From Nitrospirota bacterium (GTDB lineage: Bacteria; Nitrospirota; UBA9217), in assembly GCA_029858565.1 (NCBI GenBank), contig JAOUEV010000002.1, forward strand, positions 119,873 through 183,872: a stretch of 64,000 nt of DNA, read 5' to 3'. The position numbers and the translations under genes were made by a program. The notes below the pieces were generated by a model, which had not been told where the DNA came from, searched no databases, and was given only the letters and a program-made list of their open reading frames with translations. Shown here piece after piece: positions 17,787 through 27,497 of this stretch; within the stretch, counting starts at the first letter, position 1; each line of letters starts with the position of its first letter.

Positions 17787-20060
17787 TCACCTCCCCTTCA
17801 GGGAATCCCGAAGCATAGGGTATTCTTTCTTCGCGAGCGGGTGCCCGGCCTTTGCCGCCGTGCGCAGCACCCGGAGCGCTTGCACTGGATGTCCATACTG
17901 CCGCAATACCATGCCATGCCAGTACAGGGACTCCCGGGAGCCGTCCTGCGCCCAGCGGCCAAAGAGGCGCAGGATGGGGTCATCAAGGATGATCAGCGGC
18001 GGATGCGCGCCGGCAGTGGACAGATAGAGCAGAGCGCCCTCCCGGTACCGTCCTGCCCTGCTCAGCGCGGCAGCCAGGTAGATCTTTCCTTTCACATAGT
18101 CCGGCTGCAAGGCAGCGAGCCGTGCAAGATGGTCAACAGCCTTCTGCGGCTCATCGCTCTCGAGGCACGCACGGCCGAGGAAGAGGTGTCCGTCCGCATC
18201 GTCATAGTACCGGAAAAGGCGCTCGACAGGGGCTTCCTCGCCGGTCATGCAGCCGAGCAAGGCGAGGACCTCGGGATCACCGGGACTCCTCCGGAGCGCC
18301 TCGCGCAGGTACTGAACGGCTTCCTCGCGCTTCTTCCGGAGAGTGGCTATGCGGCCGAGGTGGTAGAGCGGCTCCGGGTTCCGGCCGTTCAGGGGATCGA
18401 AGCGGATGCCTTCACCGGCCAGCGCCGTCAGGAGGTGCTCAGCCTCGTCCAGCCGGCTGAGCTCGATCAGCAGCAGCGCCCGGTCAAACCGCGCTGAAGG
18501 GGTATCCCCGCTGCGCGAGGAGAGCAGATCGACGGCGCCGGCGAGCAGCGTTGACGAGTCCGCAGTCAGTCCGGCCGGCCTGCCGGATCCCATCCTCCAT
18601 GGGGAGGCCGCAAGCATTTGGGCGGTCTTTTGGAGCGCTGTTGGATGGTCAAGTGCGTCGCGTGCCTGCATCGCCTCCGGAAGGAGGGACGCTGTTCGCG
18701 CAATACCCTCCCAGAGGTGGCGATCATCGCGCATGCGGTCGCTTGGGAGCGACAGGACGAGCGCAAGGGGCAGGAAGACGCTGATGGCGACGAGCCTGCC
18801 GCGTTTATGGGTTAGGAGCCATGACAGGCCGAGAACGGCAAAGTAGATGAAGAAGGGGTAGAGGCCCACCCGCTGCCGGTCCGTTGCATAGGTCAGGGCC
18901 ATGAGGGCTGCCTGGTTAAGGAAAACCGCATAGGCGAGGAAATGCTGTCTCCAGGAAAGGGAAGCGGCTGCCATGCCCACGAGCGCCAGGGCGGAAAGCG
19001 GGGCAAAGGGGAAGAACGGCATGCCGCGTTTCTCGAGGACCTCGTCCGCGGACCAGGCGGTCGCAAGGTCGTACCATCGGTAGCTGTGGAACAGGAGGAA
19101 GAGGCGGCGGGCCGTGAGCGCAAGGAACCTGCCCGGATGGTCCGACAGGTAGGCAGCAGCCTTCCCGGCCCAGAACCTGTTCGCCTCGGTCGGGGAAATG
19201 CTGCTCCCGGCCACGGCCCGGGCCACCTGGCGGTAGACGGCATGCTCGTAGTCGCTCTCCCCCGGGAACTGGTCAGCCATATCATTGATGAGCGGGGGGT
19301 AGGCTGCCCGCGTGCCCTCGGACAATGGATTGTTGCCGTCGAAGAAGACGGTGCCCGGGCTCATGAACCACAGGGAGACCTGCCCCTGGAGGAGGTAGTT
19401 CCTGATACCGATGAACAGGAACCCCATGATCACGGGGAGGAGGAAGAGCATGATCCCGGGCAGCGCCTGCCGAAGGCCCCGGTGGCGCAGGACGAAGTAC
19501 AGCGGCACGATCAGGATCAGGGGAAAGAAGGTAGGACGCGTCAGGATGCAGAGGGTCAATGAAATGCCTGCAGCGGCCGCGCTCAGGGGATCCCGCCGGC
19601 CGGCGAAGTAGACTAGCGCCACCAGGAAAAAGAGCATGAAGGGCTCCGGTTCGAAGACATACCCGAAGATCACCACGCTCCTGCTGAGCAGGAGCACGAC
19701 GGCGCCTCCCAGGGAGAGGGCGCGGCCGGCATGGCGGCGGAGGATCAGGTAGGTGAGCGCGGCGGCGAGCGAGAGGACACTGATATGCATCCAGAGCATG
19801 GTCCCGAGGGGGTCCGCCATGAACCGGAACGCGGCGATGTGGAGGCCGAGATAGAGGGGGCTGAAGTCCAGGAGCCGCTCGGGAGCCATCGCGCTGCCGA
19901 GGTACTGCAGGGCGGCTGTGGGATACTTGGAGAACTGGCTCGCGGCGTCCTGGAGGCCGAATATCTGCAGGGAGAAGAGGAGGGCCGCGGCGAGCGCGAT
20001 CGCGGACGCGATGAGGCGATCGTTGCGGCCTGCCGCTCGCTGTTCTGGGGTCAGCTCCAT
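17787..20060 (-). CDS. GT-C (PMT_2/ArnT-like) glycosyltransferase with C-terminal TPRs
   Basis: Multiple TMs; FSPLY, EP, LTRP, IGIRNY, FFDGNNP, DRQR; TPR-like helices at the C-terminus. Confidence 0.7.
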   Translation of the reverse strand: MELTPEQRAAGRNDRLIASAIALAAALLFSLQIFGLQDAASQFSKYPTAALQYLGSAMAPERLLDFSPLYLGLHIAAFRFMADPLGTMLWMHISVLSLAAALTYLILRRHAGRALSLGGAVVLLLSRSVVIFGYVFEPEPFMLFFLVALVYFAGRRDPLSAAAAGISLTLCILTRPTFFPLILIVPLYFVLRHRGLRQALPGIMLFLLPVIMGFLFIGIRNYLLQGQVSLWFMSPGTVFFDGNNPLSEGTRAAYPPLINDMADQFPGESDYEHAVYRQVARAVAGSSISPTEANRFWAGKAAAYLSDHPGRFLALTARRLFLLFHSYRWYDLATAWSADEVLEKRGMPFFPFAPLSALALVGMAAASLSWRQHFLAYAVFLNQAALMALTYATDRQRVGLYPFFIYFAVLGLSWLLTHKRGRLVAISVFLPLALVLSLPSDRMRDDRHLWEGIARTASLLPEAMQARDALDHPTALQKTAQMLAASPWRMGSGRPAGLTADSSTLLAGAVDLLSSRSGDTPSARFDRALLLIELSRLDEAEHLLTALAGEGIRFDPLNGRNPEPLYHLGRIATLRKKREEAVQYLREALRRSPGDPEVLALLGCMTGEEAPVERLFRYYDDADGHLFLGRACLESDEPQKAVDHLARLAALQPDYVKGKIYLAAALSRAGRYREGALLYLSTAGAHPPLIILDDPILRLFGRWAQDGSRESLYWHGMVLRQYGHPVQALRVLRTAAKAGHPLAKKEYPMLRDSLKGR

Positions 20061-20105
20061 GGGGTACCGTCCTTTGTGCGCCCGAGAGCGGCAGGGCCGC
20101 CCGCG

Positions 20106-21374
20106 CTAGCGATGGGGCGTATAGAACTCGGCAAGCGGCTTCATCCACGCATGGTCGAGCGCCTGGAACGTGGACATCGGATACATGATTGCCGAGAGCG
20201 CGAGAACGAACGCCAGGTACACGATGACCGTCCTGGCCGAAAGGGCTCTCCGTTCCAGGAGCGCGTCAACAGCATAGGACGACAGCGTGAACGCGAACAC
20301 CAGCAGCGGCGTCGCGATGAAGACCCAGATGGAGCGGGTGGTCAGCAGGAGCGGGAGATAGGAGGCAAAGAATATGGCGAGCACATACCCGAGCTCGAAC
20401 GTCCTGCTGCGGAGCCATTCTCTGACGGCAAAAAAGAGGGCGGGAAGCGTCAGCACCCACGCAAGGAGATTGCCCATCGCGATGCTCAGGTACGCCTTGC
20501 CCTGGTGGAACACGAAATCCACCCAGGCAACAGGCCAGAGGAACCATTGGTAGGCCCGGTGCGAGAGGATGTCCTCGGTATAGGGCGTGCCCTTCCAGAA
20601 GTACTGGTGCTTGACGAGCCAGGCCTGCAGGCCGGCGAAATCCCCGAGCGAATACCCCCGCTGGAGCCAGGGGAGGTAAAGGGCCGTATAGATGGCAACA
20701 GGAACGACGAGGTAGGCGGAGAAGGCCGTCAGCAGCCGTTTCCCCGGCTGCCGCTGTTCTGCGCGGTCCCTGCACAGCCAGGGATAGAGCAGATAGGAGG
20801 CCGCGGAAACGGCCCAGGGGAAGAGGCCGTTCCACTTCGACGCGGATGCGATGCCGTACAGCGCCCCGGAAAGATAGCAGAGAAGCACATTATCCTTTCT
20901 GATGGCGTGAAGCGAGGCGAGGGTCCCTGCGACGATGAAGAAGGAGGTGGTCGTTTCCTGAAAGGCCACCCGCGAAAGATAGATGTGGAGAGGGTCGACA
21001 GCGAGAAAGAAGGCGGCGATATAGGCGGCGGTCCGCTTTCCGAAGAGGCCGTGGACCAGGTATCCCAGCAGCAGGACCGCGGCGCTCCCGAAGAGCAGGC
21101 TGCCGCCCCGCAGGCCCCATGCACTGTATCCGCCGAAGAGCTTGCCCGCGGTCAGGATGACGATGTTCCGCAGGGGCGGATGGTACCACATCACCTGGCC
21201 GAACAGCCCGCTGGTCACATAGTTCAGGGCCGCGGACGCCGTGCCGACCTCGTCATCGGTCGGCGGCTGCGCAGGGAGCCCGTAGGCGCGCACGAAGAGT
21301 GCCAGGGCGAAGATCCCCCACAGTACGGCATGATGGTTGCCCCACAGTCGCCTCATCATCCGCGACTGCTCCAT
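20106..21374 (-). CDS. Protein O-mannosyltransferase-like GT-C (PMT/GT39)
   Basis: DDE, YHPPL, WGLR..SLLFG, DPLHIYLSR, ASKWNG, AYQW, MGN; paralog of 7665-8903. Confidence 0.8.
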   Translation of the reverse strand: MEQSRMMRRLWGNHHAVLWGIFALALFVRAYGLPAQPPTDDEVGTASAALNYVTSGLFGQVMWYHPPLRNIVILTAGKLFGGYSAWGLRGGSLLFGSAAVLLLGYLVHGLFGKRTAAYIAAFFLAVDPLHIYLSRVAFQETTTSFFIVAGTLASLHAIRKDNVLLCYLSGALYGIASASKWNGLFPWAVSAASYLLYPWLCRDRAEQRQPGKRLLTAFSAYLVVPVAIYTALYLPWLQRGYSLGDFAGLQAWLVKHQYFWKGTPYTEDILSHRAYQWFLWPVAWVDFVFHQGKAYLSIAMGNLLAWVLTLPALFFAVREWLRSRTFELGYVLAIFFASYLPLLLTTRSIWVFIATPLLVFAFTLSSYAVDALLERRALSARTVIVYLAFVLALSAIMYPMSTFQALDHAWMKPLAEFYTPHR

Positions 21375-22063
21375 GCTTTTTCGAATTGCCGGAGACGCTT
21401 CCGGTCCCCGTCGACGACCTCCGGTTCATCGCGGCTTCCCGAGACCACGATCAGCCGGATGTCGGGACACTTCTCGCGAAGCCCGGCGAGCACCCTTCCG
21501 GGGTCCTCGCCGAACCCGAAGTACCCTGCATCGACGTTCACGATGACCGGCTCGCGGATCGCCGGCATGGCGTCGAGCGTTGTTACCGTCAGGGGCATGT
21601 CGTGGGTGTATCCCCGGACGATCTCCCCGGACACGGAAAAGGCGAAATCGCCTTCGAACTGGACGAGGCGCTCCCGCAGCACCGGCGCCGGAAGGACCAC
21701 GGTAACCGTTCGCACCATTCCCGTGCGGTTCGCGATGAACAGCCAGTTATGGCTGTCGAGGCCCTTCTCGTAGAGCGGCCGCACGTCCCCCACCCTGACC
21801 GGGAAGGGCATGGTGACGTTCTCCTCGCGGGGAAGGTAGTCCACCAGGTTCAGGAAACGGTTGAGGTGCACCACCCGCGCGCCCCAGAGGCCGCTCCGCT
21901 GGTAGACCACGTAGATGTCCTTCTGCGAATCGACACGGACCATCAACGGTCCCTGTGCACTCCTGGCCGGGAACACCCGAGCAGCTTTCGCGCTGCCGTC
22001 CATCCAGAGGAAAAGAGCGAGGGCGGCGATCACGACCGCGATATGGAAGGTTTGTCTCGTCAT
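21356..22063 (-). CDS. Exported protein with UPF0489-like domain (copy 2)
   Basis: Signal/TM; GARVVHLNR, SHNWLFIANRTGMVRTVTVVLP, EPVIVNVDAGYF. Confidence 0.6.
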   Translation of the reverse strand: MTRQTFHIAVVIAALALFLWMDGSAKAARVFPARSAQGPLMVRVDSQKDIYVVYQRSGLWGARVVHLNRFLNLVDYLPREENVTMPFPVRVGDVRPLYEKGLDSHNWLFIANRTGMVRTVTVVLPAPVLRERLVQFEGDFAFSVSGEIVRGYTHDMPLTVTTLDAMPAIREPVIVNVDAGYFGFGEDPGRVLAGLREKCPDIRLIVVSGSRDEPEVVDGDRKRLRQFEKAWSSRG

Positions 22064-22092
22064 GCCTGTCCGACGGCCCTGTCCGTTCCGAC

Positions 22093-23265
22093 CTAGGGGA
22101 GGAGCCGCTCTTTCCTGAGGAATTGGAGGACCTCGCCTGCGATACGGCGGTGGCCGTCAGCGGTCCAGTGGTGATCGGAACGATCGACGGTGTAGAGGGA
22201 CAGGCCCTGCCGGCACTGGGTGCGCGAAAAGGGGAGGAGGTCCAGGTAGGGGATCCGCTCCCTCCGGCTGAAGGCCGACAACGCCGCGCTCAACGCGGAG
22301 TTGCGTTCATAGGTGCCTTCCTTGACCCCCTGGAGCTGGACCCTTCCGGAGCGGTCCTCCTCCTTCTCCGGGATGAACACCAGGACGAAAGCCGCTCCCG
22401 ACGCCTCCGCGGCCTTCCTGCTCTCCCTGATCAGCCTGAAGGCGATCTCCCGGACCTGCTCCGGCGGATTGGTCAGGACCGGGATGTCCCCGATGTCCTG
22501 ACTATATTCTTCCGCGAGGCCGAGGTTGATCAGCAGCAGCCGTATCTCGGGATTGCTGTTGAGCCGTCCCATGATGAACTGGTAGGTGTGCGTATGGAAC
22601 CGCAGGAACTTCTTGACCTTCCCGAAGAGGGTCCGGGGCTTTCCGAAGGTCTTGCGGTCCGTCTGCTCGCTCCGGGGGACCGGCACGTTCTTGAGGACCA
22701 GTTCGCCGCCCTCGAGCATGAAGAGGGGCTTGGGAGAGTAATACTGCACCGAACTGGCGATCTCGTCGAGGTCGTTCGCTGCGGTGAACCCGAAGAGCAC
22801 GATGTTTGGCTGAAGCGAGAGCCCCGCGTGCTTGAGCCAGAGGTGCGCCTGGTCGGTCCCGTAGCCGGTGGTCCCTCCATTCAGGACCTCGACCGCAGGG
22901 GGAAGTTCCTTCTGCAGGACCGCGGACAGCACGTTGTCATCGGAAACGCCGTACCCCCAGAAGAACGAATCCCCGACGAGGAGGATCCTCTTCGTTCCCC
23001 GCGGCTTCTCCTTGGTGGTCTCAGGGCCGCGCAGCCCGAGGCTGTTGTGACGAACCTGGAAGAAGCGGTCGCGGGCGAACTCGAAATGGACTCCCTCGTC
23101 CTTGAGCGGCTTGTTGACCCATCCCATGACCGGGTCGTAGGTCTCGTGGTAGGGCTGGATCCTGAGCTTGTGCGGGGCGAACAGGGCAAGTGACAGTTCC
23201 AGCAGCAGGAAGAACGTCGCGATCGACGTGAAGAGGAGGAGGATGTTGTTCAATCGGGGTCTCAT
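22093..23265 (-). CDS. Membrane-anchored SGNH hydrolase or acyltransferase
   Basis: NSLGLRG, GDSFFWG, GYGTDQ, ND, DHHWTADGH. Confidence 0.85.
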   Translation of the reverse strand: MRPRLNNILLLFTSIATFFLLLELSLALFAPHKLRIQPYHETYDPVMGWVNKPLKDEGVHFEFARDRFFQVRHNSLGLRGPETTKEKPRGTKRILLVGDSFFWGYGVSDDNVLSAVLQKELPPAVEVLNGGTTGYGTDQAHLWLKHAGLSLQPNIVLFGFTAANDLDEIASSVQYYSPKPLFMLEGGELVLKNVPVPRSEQTDRKTFGKPRTLFGKVKKFLRFHTHTYQFIMGRLNSNPEIRLLLINLGLAEEYSQDIGDIPVLTNPPEQVREIAFRLIRESRKAAEASGAAFVLVFIPEKEEDRSGRVQLQGVKEGTYERNSALSAALSAFSRRERIPYLDLLPFSRTQCRQGLSLYTVDRSDHHWTADGHRRIAGEVLQFLRKERLLP

Positions 23266-23366
23266 GTTGTTAGGAACGGGCCGGCAACGAGCCCGGCAGG
23301 ATGCCGGCCGGCCCGTCCTGGCCGGTGTTCCGCCCCTGTCGGTCTCCTGTTGTCGCGCACGGTATC

Positions 23367-23395
23367 AATCTAATGAATGCGCCCCCCCTTGTCAA
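23367..23395 (-). promoter_or_regulatory. Putative sigma70 promoter for the 23265-17787 operon
   Basis: TTGACA-17 nt-TAGATT on the minus strand. Confidence 0.55.
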
Positions 23396-23540
23396 TCGAT
23401 ATTATGCCGCACCGGGCAGCGGTCGGGTAGGCTGATGATGCGGCCGCGGCATGTCCGGCGAAGACCGCGCAGGAAGCGCCCACCCCTGGTCCGAGCGATG
23501 CAACCATGGGCAAAACAGTGATGAAAAGGCAGGGTCGCTA

Positions 23541-23549
23541 TGGTATAAT
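23541..23549 (+). promoter_or_regulatory. Extended -10 promoter element for the resB-ccsA-TMTC operon
   Basis: TGGTATAAT upstream of 23675, divergent from the previous promoter. Confidence 0.5.
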
Positions 23550-23674
23550 GAACAGCGTGATGAGAGGATTCAGAGGACCGGTACGCTGATCCGCCTCGCG
23601 GGAATCGCAGACAGCTGTTCTCGCCGTCTTCGTCAGCCTTGTCAGCAGGATATCTGCAGCAATCTACTCGATAA

Positions 23675-25117
23675 ATGATGCATTCAACAGTACAATCGAA
23701 ACAGCAGGCCATCCTGCCGGTGGTTCTGCTGGTCATGTTCCTCTCCGGCGCCTGTACGCAGCGACCTGCAGGGACAGAACCCCTGCGCCTGCTCGGGACC
23801 GATCCCCTCACCGCAGTGTCCGTGACCGGGTACCACGAGGTCCTTGTAACCTGGATGCAAAGGGGCCTTCGGAACATGACGGCGGTCCATGCGGGGCCGA
23901 AGGACGGACTTGCATTCGTCCCGCCTGCCCGGGTGAAGACGATCAAGGATCTCCTGCAGAACGGGGGCTCCGGCACGGATGTCGGGGACCTGGTCACTGC
24001 CGACAACTATCTGTTCCTGGCCCAGCGCCTCGGTCTGATACGCCGCGTCTTCTGGGTCATTCCCTACCACCATGTCGACTATATCAATGCAGAACTGCGC
24101 GTCCAGGCCTTTCTCCGCAACGAGACATCCCATTTCAGTCCGCAGGATGTGGGCTCCATGCGGTTCCGGAACGGTTGCGTCTCCGGGACCCTTGCCGGCA
24201 TCGAGGTGCATGTCTGCAGTCCGACGACTCTGCCGCGCCTCGCAGAACCGGCCGTTGTCACGATCGATCCCGGGTTCTTTCCGCTCTATGCGGCGAACCG
24301 GGGCCCGAGCGGTCTCGGCGCGACGAAGGAGTTCTTCGACCTCATGGCAATTAAGCGGATCGGCACCCGGGCAGTGTCGGTCGCCGCTTCCCCGGAGTTC
24401 CAGGGGATGCGGGGGTATCTGTCAGAAGAGATCGTCAGCATCCTGAAGGACCCGGAAATCCTCCAGAGCACGCAGCCGCCTGACCTCTGGGCCCTCCGTG
24501 AGCAGGCTGACGGGATGCTGACGCGCGGGGACGTGAAGGAGGCGGCCGGGCATCTGGAAAAGCATGGTGCTGCGTTTCCCGCCGATCCCTATTTGCATCT
24601 GATGCGGTGGACGGCCCAGGCCCTTCTGTCGAAGAGGGCGTCGGCGCTCAATGCGCTGACGGCTCTCTGCGTGAAGGATCCCGTGCTGTGCAGCGGCATC
24701 GTCGATGCCGGCGTCCTGCTCCGGGAACAGGGCGACCTGGCCGGAGCGGAGGAATTCCTGAGGAAAGCGGTCTCCCTGCAGCAGCTGCGTCCCGGCCGCG
24801 CGCGACGGGAGTACGCGGTCACCCTCTACCAGGCAGGAAAGTATGCCGATGCGCAGCGGGAGGCGTCACCCCTGGTTGCCGATCCGGCATACACCGTCGC
24901 GGGCGGTCTGCTGCTGGGAGATTGCGCGTACGCATTGCAGCAGAACGACGAGGCCGTGCGCCGGTACGAAGGAGCGCTCAGTTCCTACCGGGAGGCCGGA
25001 GGATACCGACTGAGCAAACGGGAGCAGGAAAGCATCAGCAGGCTGAAGTCGCTCTATCAGCGGAGGAACGACAAGCGCGGCCTGCGGACCCTGGAGGGAA
25101 CACCTGCCTTTGAATAG
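23675..25117 (+). CDS. Lipoprotein with UPF0489-like domain (copy 3) and C-terminal TPRs
   Basis: Lipobox-like LSGAC; YHEVLVTW..RG, ADNYLFLAQRLGLIRRVFWVIP, EPAVVTIDPGFF; TPR-like helices. Confidence 0.65.
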   Translation: MMHSTVQSKQQAILPVVLLVMFLSGACTQRPAGTEPLRLLGTDPLTAVSVTGYHEVLVTWMQRGLRNMTAVHAGPKDGLAFVPPARVKTIKDLLQNGGSGTDVGDLVTADNYLFLAQRLGLIRRVFWVIPYHHVDYINAELRVQAFLRNETSHFSPQDVGSMRFRNGCVSGTLAGIEVHVCSPTTLPRLAEPAVVTIDPGFFPLYAANRGPSGLGATKEFFDLMAIKRIGTRAVSVAASPEFQGMRGYLSEEIVSILKDPEILQSTQPPDLWALREQADGMLTRGDVKEAAGHLEKHGAAFPADPYLHLMRWTAQALLSKRASALNALTALCVKDPVLCSGIVDAGVLLREQGDLAGAEEFLRKAVSLQQLRPGRARREYAVTLYQAGKYADAQREASPLVADPAYTVAGGLLLGDCAYALQQNDEAVRRYEGALSSYREAGGYRLSKREQESISRLKSLYQRRNDKRGLRTLEGTPAFE

Positions 25118-26591
25118 CGAACTCGAAAAGGGGACGCCCGCCGCGCCCCGCTCTTTCCGGGAGGTTGCCGAAGGGATCTATCGTTCCTTCCGGCGGCCGC
25201 GGGTAACGGTCATCATCATTTCGGCGCTGCTTGCGCTGTTCCTCTCCGGGCTGCTCATTCCCCAGAAAACGCTCTTCACATCACGGGAACAGTTCGAGCA
25301 GTGGAACGCGGACCATCCGCTCCTGTCGCTGGTGATCACTGGCCTCAAGCTCAATGAGATCTATGTTGCGCCGGTCACCGTGGTCTTCCTGGCGCTCTTT
25401 TTCCTGAACCTCCTGGCGGTCCTTGCGCACCGGGTCCCCCATGTGCTCAGGCGGGCATATGTCATCGACCGGCGCAGCGCCGTCGAAGGCCTTGAGAAGG
25501 TGAAGAACGACCCACAGGCGCACACCATCGTCCTGCGCGGGACAACGCAGGGTGCGGCGGGGGTGGCCGCAGGACAGGCTGCTTCGTTCTTCCGGAAGCG
25601 GTTCTGGTCCGTGATGACCGCTGATGACGGCCGTTCGTTCATCGCCGTCCGGAACCGTCTGTCCCCGTTGGGATTCCTGCTGTTCCATGTCAGTTTTTTT
25701 CTGTGTCTTGCCGGCGGGCTTCTCGTGATGTACACGCGGTTTTCCGGCAACCTGCTGCTGACCGAGGGGGAGGAATTCCAGTCGAACATCGCGCAGTTCC
25801 GGAAGATCAGCCGGGAGCCGAAGATATTCCATGCGCTTCCGGAGCTCAGGATCGCCTTGCGCAAGGTGTTCCCCACGTATGAAGGCAGCACCGGAACGGA
25901 CCTGAAGGTCTCGATGCAGATACAGTATTTCAAGGAAGCCTTCGAAGCGGTCAGCAGGATCAATGAGCCGATCAGAAAAGGGGCGATCTCGATCCTGCCG
26001 GAGAACATCGGGATCTCGCCCCTCTTTGTCCTGCACGGGCCGGGCGGGGCCGAGGCGTCGGGGGGCTATTTCATCCTGAACGTGTTGAAGGGCGAGGAGG
26101 ACTCGTTCCAGTTTCCCGACCTTCCCTATACCGTCTTTGTGCGGTTCTACCCGGATTTTACCGAAGAGGCAGGCAAGCCGGTCAGCAGGTCACTGGACAT
26201 AAGAAATCCGGTCTTCCATATCCGGGTGCAGGAGGGGGAGCGGACGCTTGCCGAGGGCTATCGGAGGCCCGGAGAGGGGATCCGGTTCGGAGCGCATGAG
26301 CTCTCCTGCAGCGAGATCCGGTACTGGGTCGACCTGCTCGTGGTGCGCGAGTACGGGGACACGCCGATCGCGGTGGGATTCATCCTCGGGGCCGTGGGCC
26401 TGATCATGCGGCTCATCTTTTACCAGAAGACCGTTCGCGTGCACATCGAGGAACTCGATGATGCGACCGTCCTGTACGTCGGCGGAAACGGTGAATACTA
26501 TCAGCATACGTTCCGGGAGGAACTGGAGCGATTGGCCGCAGCCTTGACCAATGCTCTCCAGCAGACCCGGGAGGGGGGGACGGCACTATGA
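25110..26591 (+). CDS. resB: Cytochrome c biogenesis protein ResB/CcsB (System II)
   Basis: GLLIPQ after TM1, G.LLFH conserved His in TM, large periplasmic domain, C-terminal TM; ATGA overlap with ccsA. Confidence 0.8.
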   Translation: MNSELEKGTPAAPRSFREVAEGIYRSFRRPRVTVIIISALLALFLSGLLIPQKTLFTSREQFEQWNADHPLLSLVITGLKLNEIYVAPVTVVFLALFFLNLLAVLAHRVPHVLRRAYVIDRRSAVEGLEKVKNDPQAHTIVLRGTTQGAAGVAAGQAASFFRKRFWSVMTADDGRSFIAVRNRLSPLGFLLFHVSFFLCLAGGLLVMYTRFSGNLLLTEGEEFQSNIAQFRKISREPKIFHALPELRIALRKVFPTYEGSTGTDLKVSMQIQYFKEAFEAVSRINEPIRKGAISILPENIGISPLFVLHGPGGAEASGGYFILNVLKGEEDSFQFPDLPYTVFVRFYPDFTEEAGKPVSRSLDIRNPVFHIRVQEGERTLAEGYRRPGEGIRFGAHELSCSEIRYWVDLLVVREYGDTPIAVGFILGAVGLIMRLIFYQKTVRVHIEELDDATVLYVGGNGEYYQHTFREELERLAAALTNALQQTREGGTAL

Positions 26592-27427
26592 GCTGGATCG
26601 AACCGATTCTTGCGTGGGGGATCATCTATCTGTATGCCATATGTTCGATCCTGCTGCTGACGGCGTTCGTCTTTGAGAAGGACCGCCTCCTCAGGCTGGT
26701 CCCCTACATCCTGGTCCCCGCGTTCGTTGCCCATACCGCGGTCTTCGTCGCGCGCTGGGTGCGGACCGGCTACTTCCCGGCGAACGGGGAGTTCGAGAAC
26801 GCGATCAGCGGCGGCTGGTTCACCATCCTGTTGACCCTCGGCCTCTTCTTCCGGAAGAAGGAGCTCTCGGGCGTATCCCTCATCACGGTCCCGGTGACCC
26901 TGCTGTTTCTCGGCTACGGGATCATGAAGAATCCCGCGGCCCTTCCCCATGCTGCCACGCTGAAAAGCTCCTGGCTCGTCATTCACGTGCTCTTTGCGCA
27001 GCTTGCATTCGGGGCGTACCTGATCGCATCCGGCTTCGGCGTGGTGTACCTCCTCAAGGAGAGCAAGACGCGAACGGGAGGGACCTCGCCGATCTATGAC
27101 AAGCTGCCACAGCTTACGGTCATCGAGGAGCTCATGTTCAAGTTCGTGATCTACGGATTCATCGCTGACGCGATCATGATCGCCGCGGGAACGATCTGGG
27201 CAAAGGACCTCTGGGGCAGCTACTGGAGCTGGGACCCCGTCGAGGTCTGGTCACTGGCCTCGTGGCTCATCTACGGGCTCTCGATCCACCTGAAGGTGCA
27301 GATGGGCTGGCGGGGCCGCCGGCTGGCTTGGGTCTACGTGTTCGCGGTCCTCGGTATCATCATTACCTACTGGGGCGTGGACCTGTTCGTGAAGAACACC
27401 CAGCATGTCTTCGGTGTTCAGTCGTGA
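26588..27427 (+). CDS. ccsA: Cytochrome c biogenesis protein CcsA/ResC
   Basis: WWD domain GTIWAKDLWGSYWSWDPVEVW; LKSSWLVIHV; conserved His residues. Confidence 0.95.
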   Translation: MSWIEPILAWGIIYLYAICSILLLTAFVFEKDRLLRLVPYILVPAFVAHTAVFVARWVRTGYFPANGEFENAISGGWFTILLTLGLFFRKKELSGVSLITVPVTLLFLGYGIMKNPAALPHAATLKSSWLVIHVLFAQLAFGAYLIASGFGVVYLLKESKTRTGGTSPIYDKLPQLTVIEELMFKFVIYGFIADAIMIAAGTIWAKDLWGSYWSWDPVEVWSLASWLIYGLSIHLKVQMGWRGRRLAWVYVFAVLGIIITYWGVDLFVKNTQHVFGVQS

Positions 27428-27497
27428 ACGCGGGGGGGCTGCGGCGGATCACCACGACGGACCGGCCGGGACGCGGCACGCGGGAGAAAGGGGTCTG

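Noticed and set aside
19731-21773. Long opposite-strand ORFs (680 aa here; also 9960-11219, 36583-38268, 43811-45202, 60110-61792)
   Set aside because: Antisense shadows of well-supported genes, expected from high-GC codon bias, with no motifs of their own
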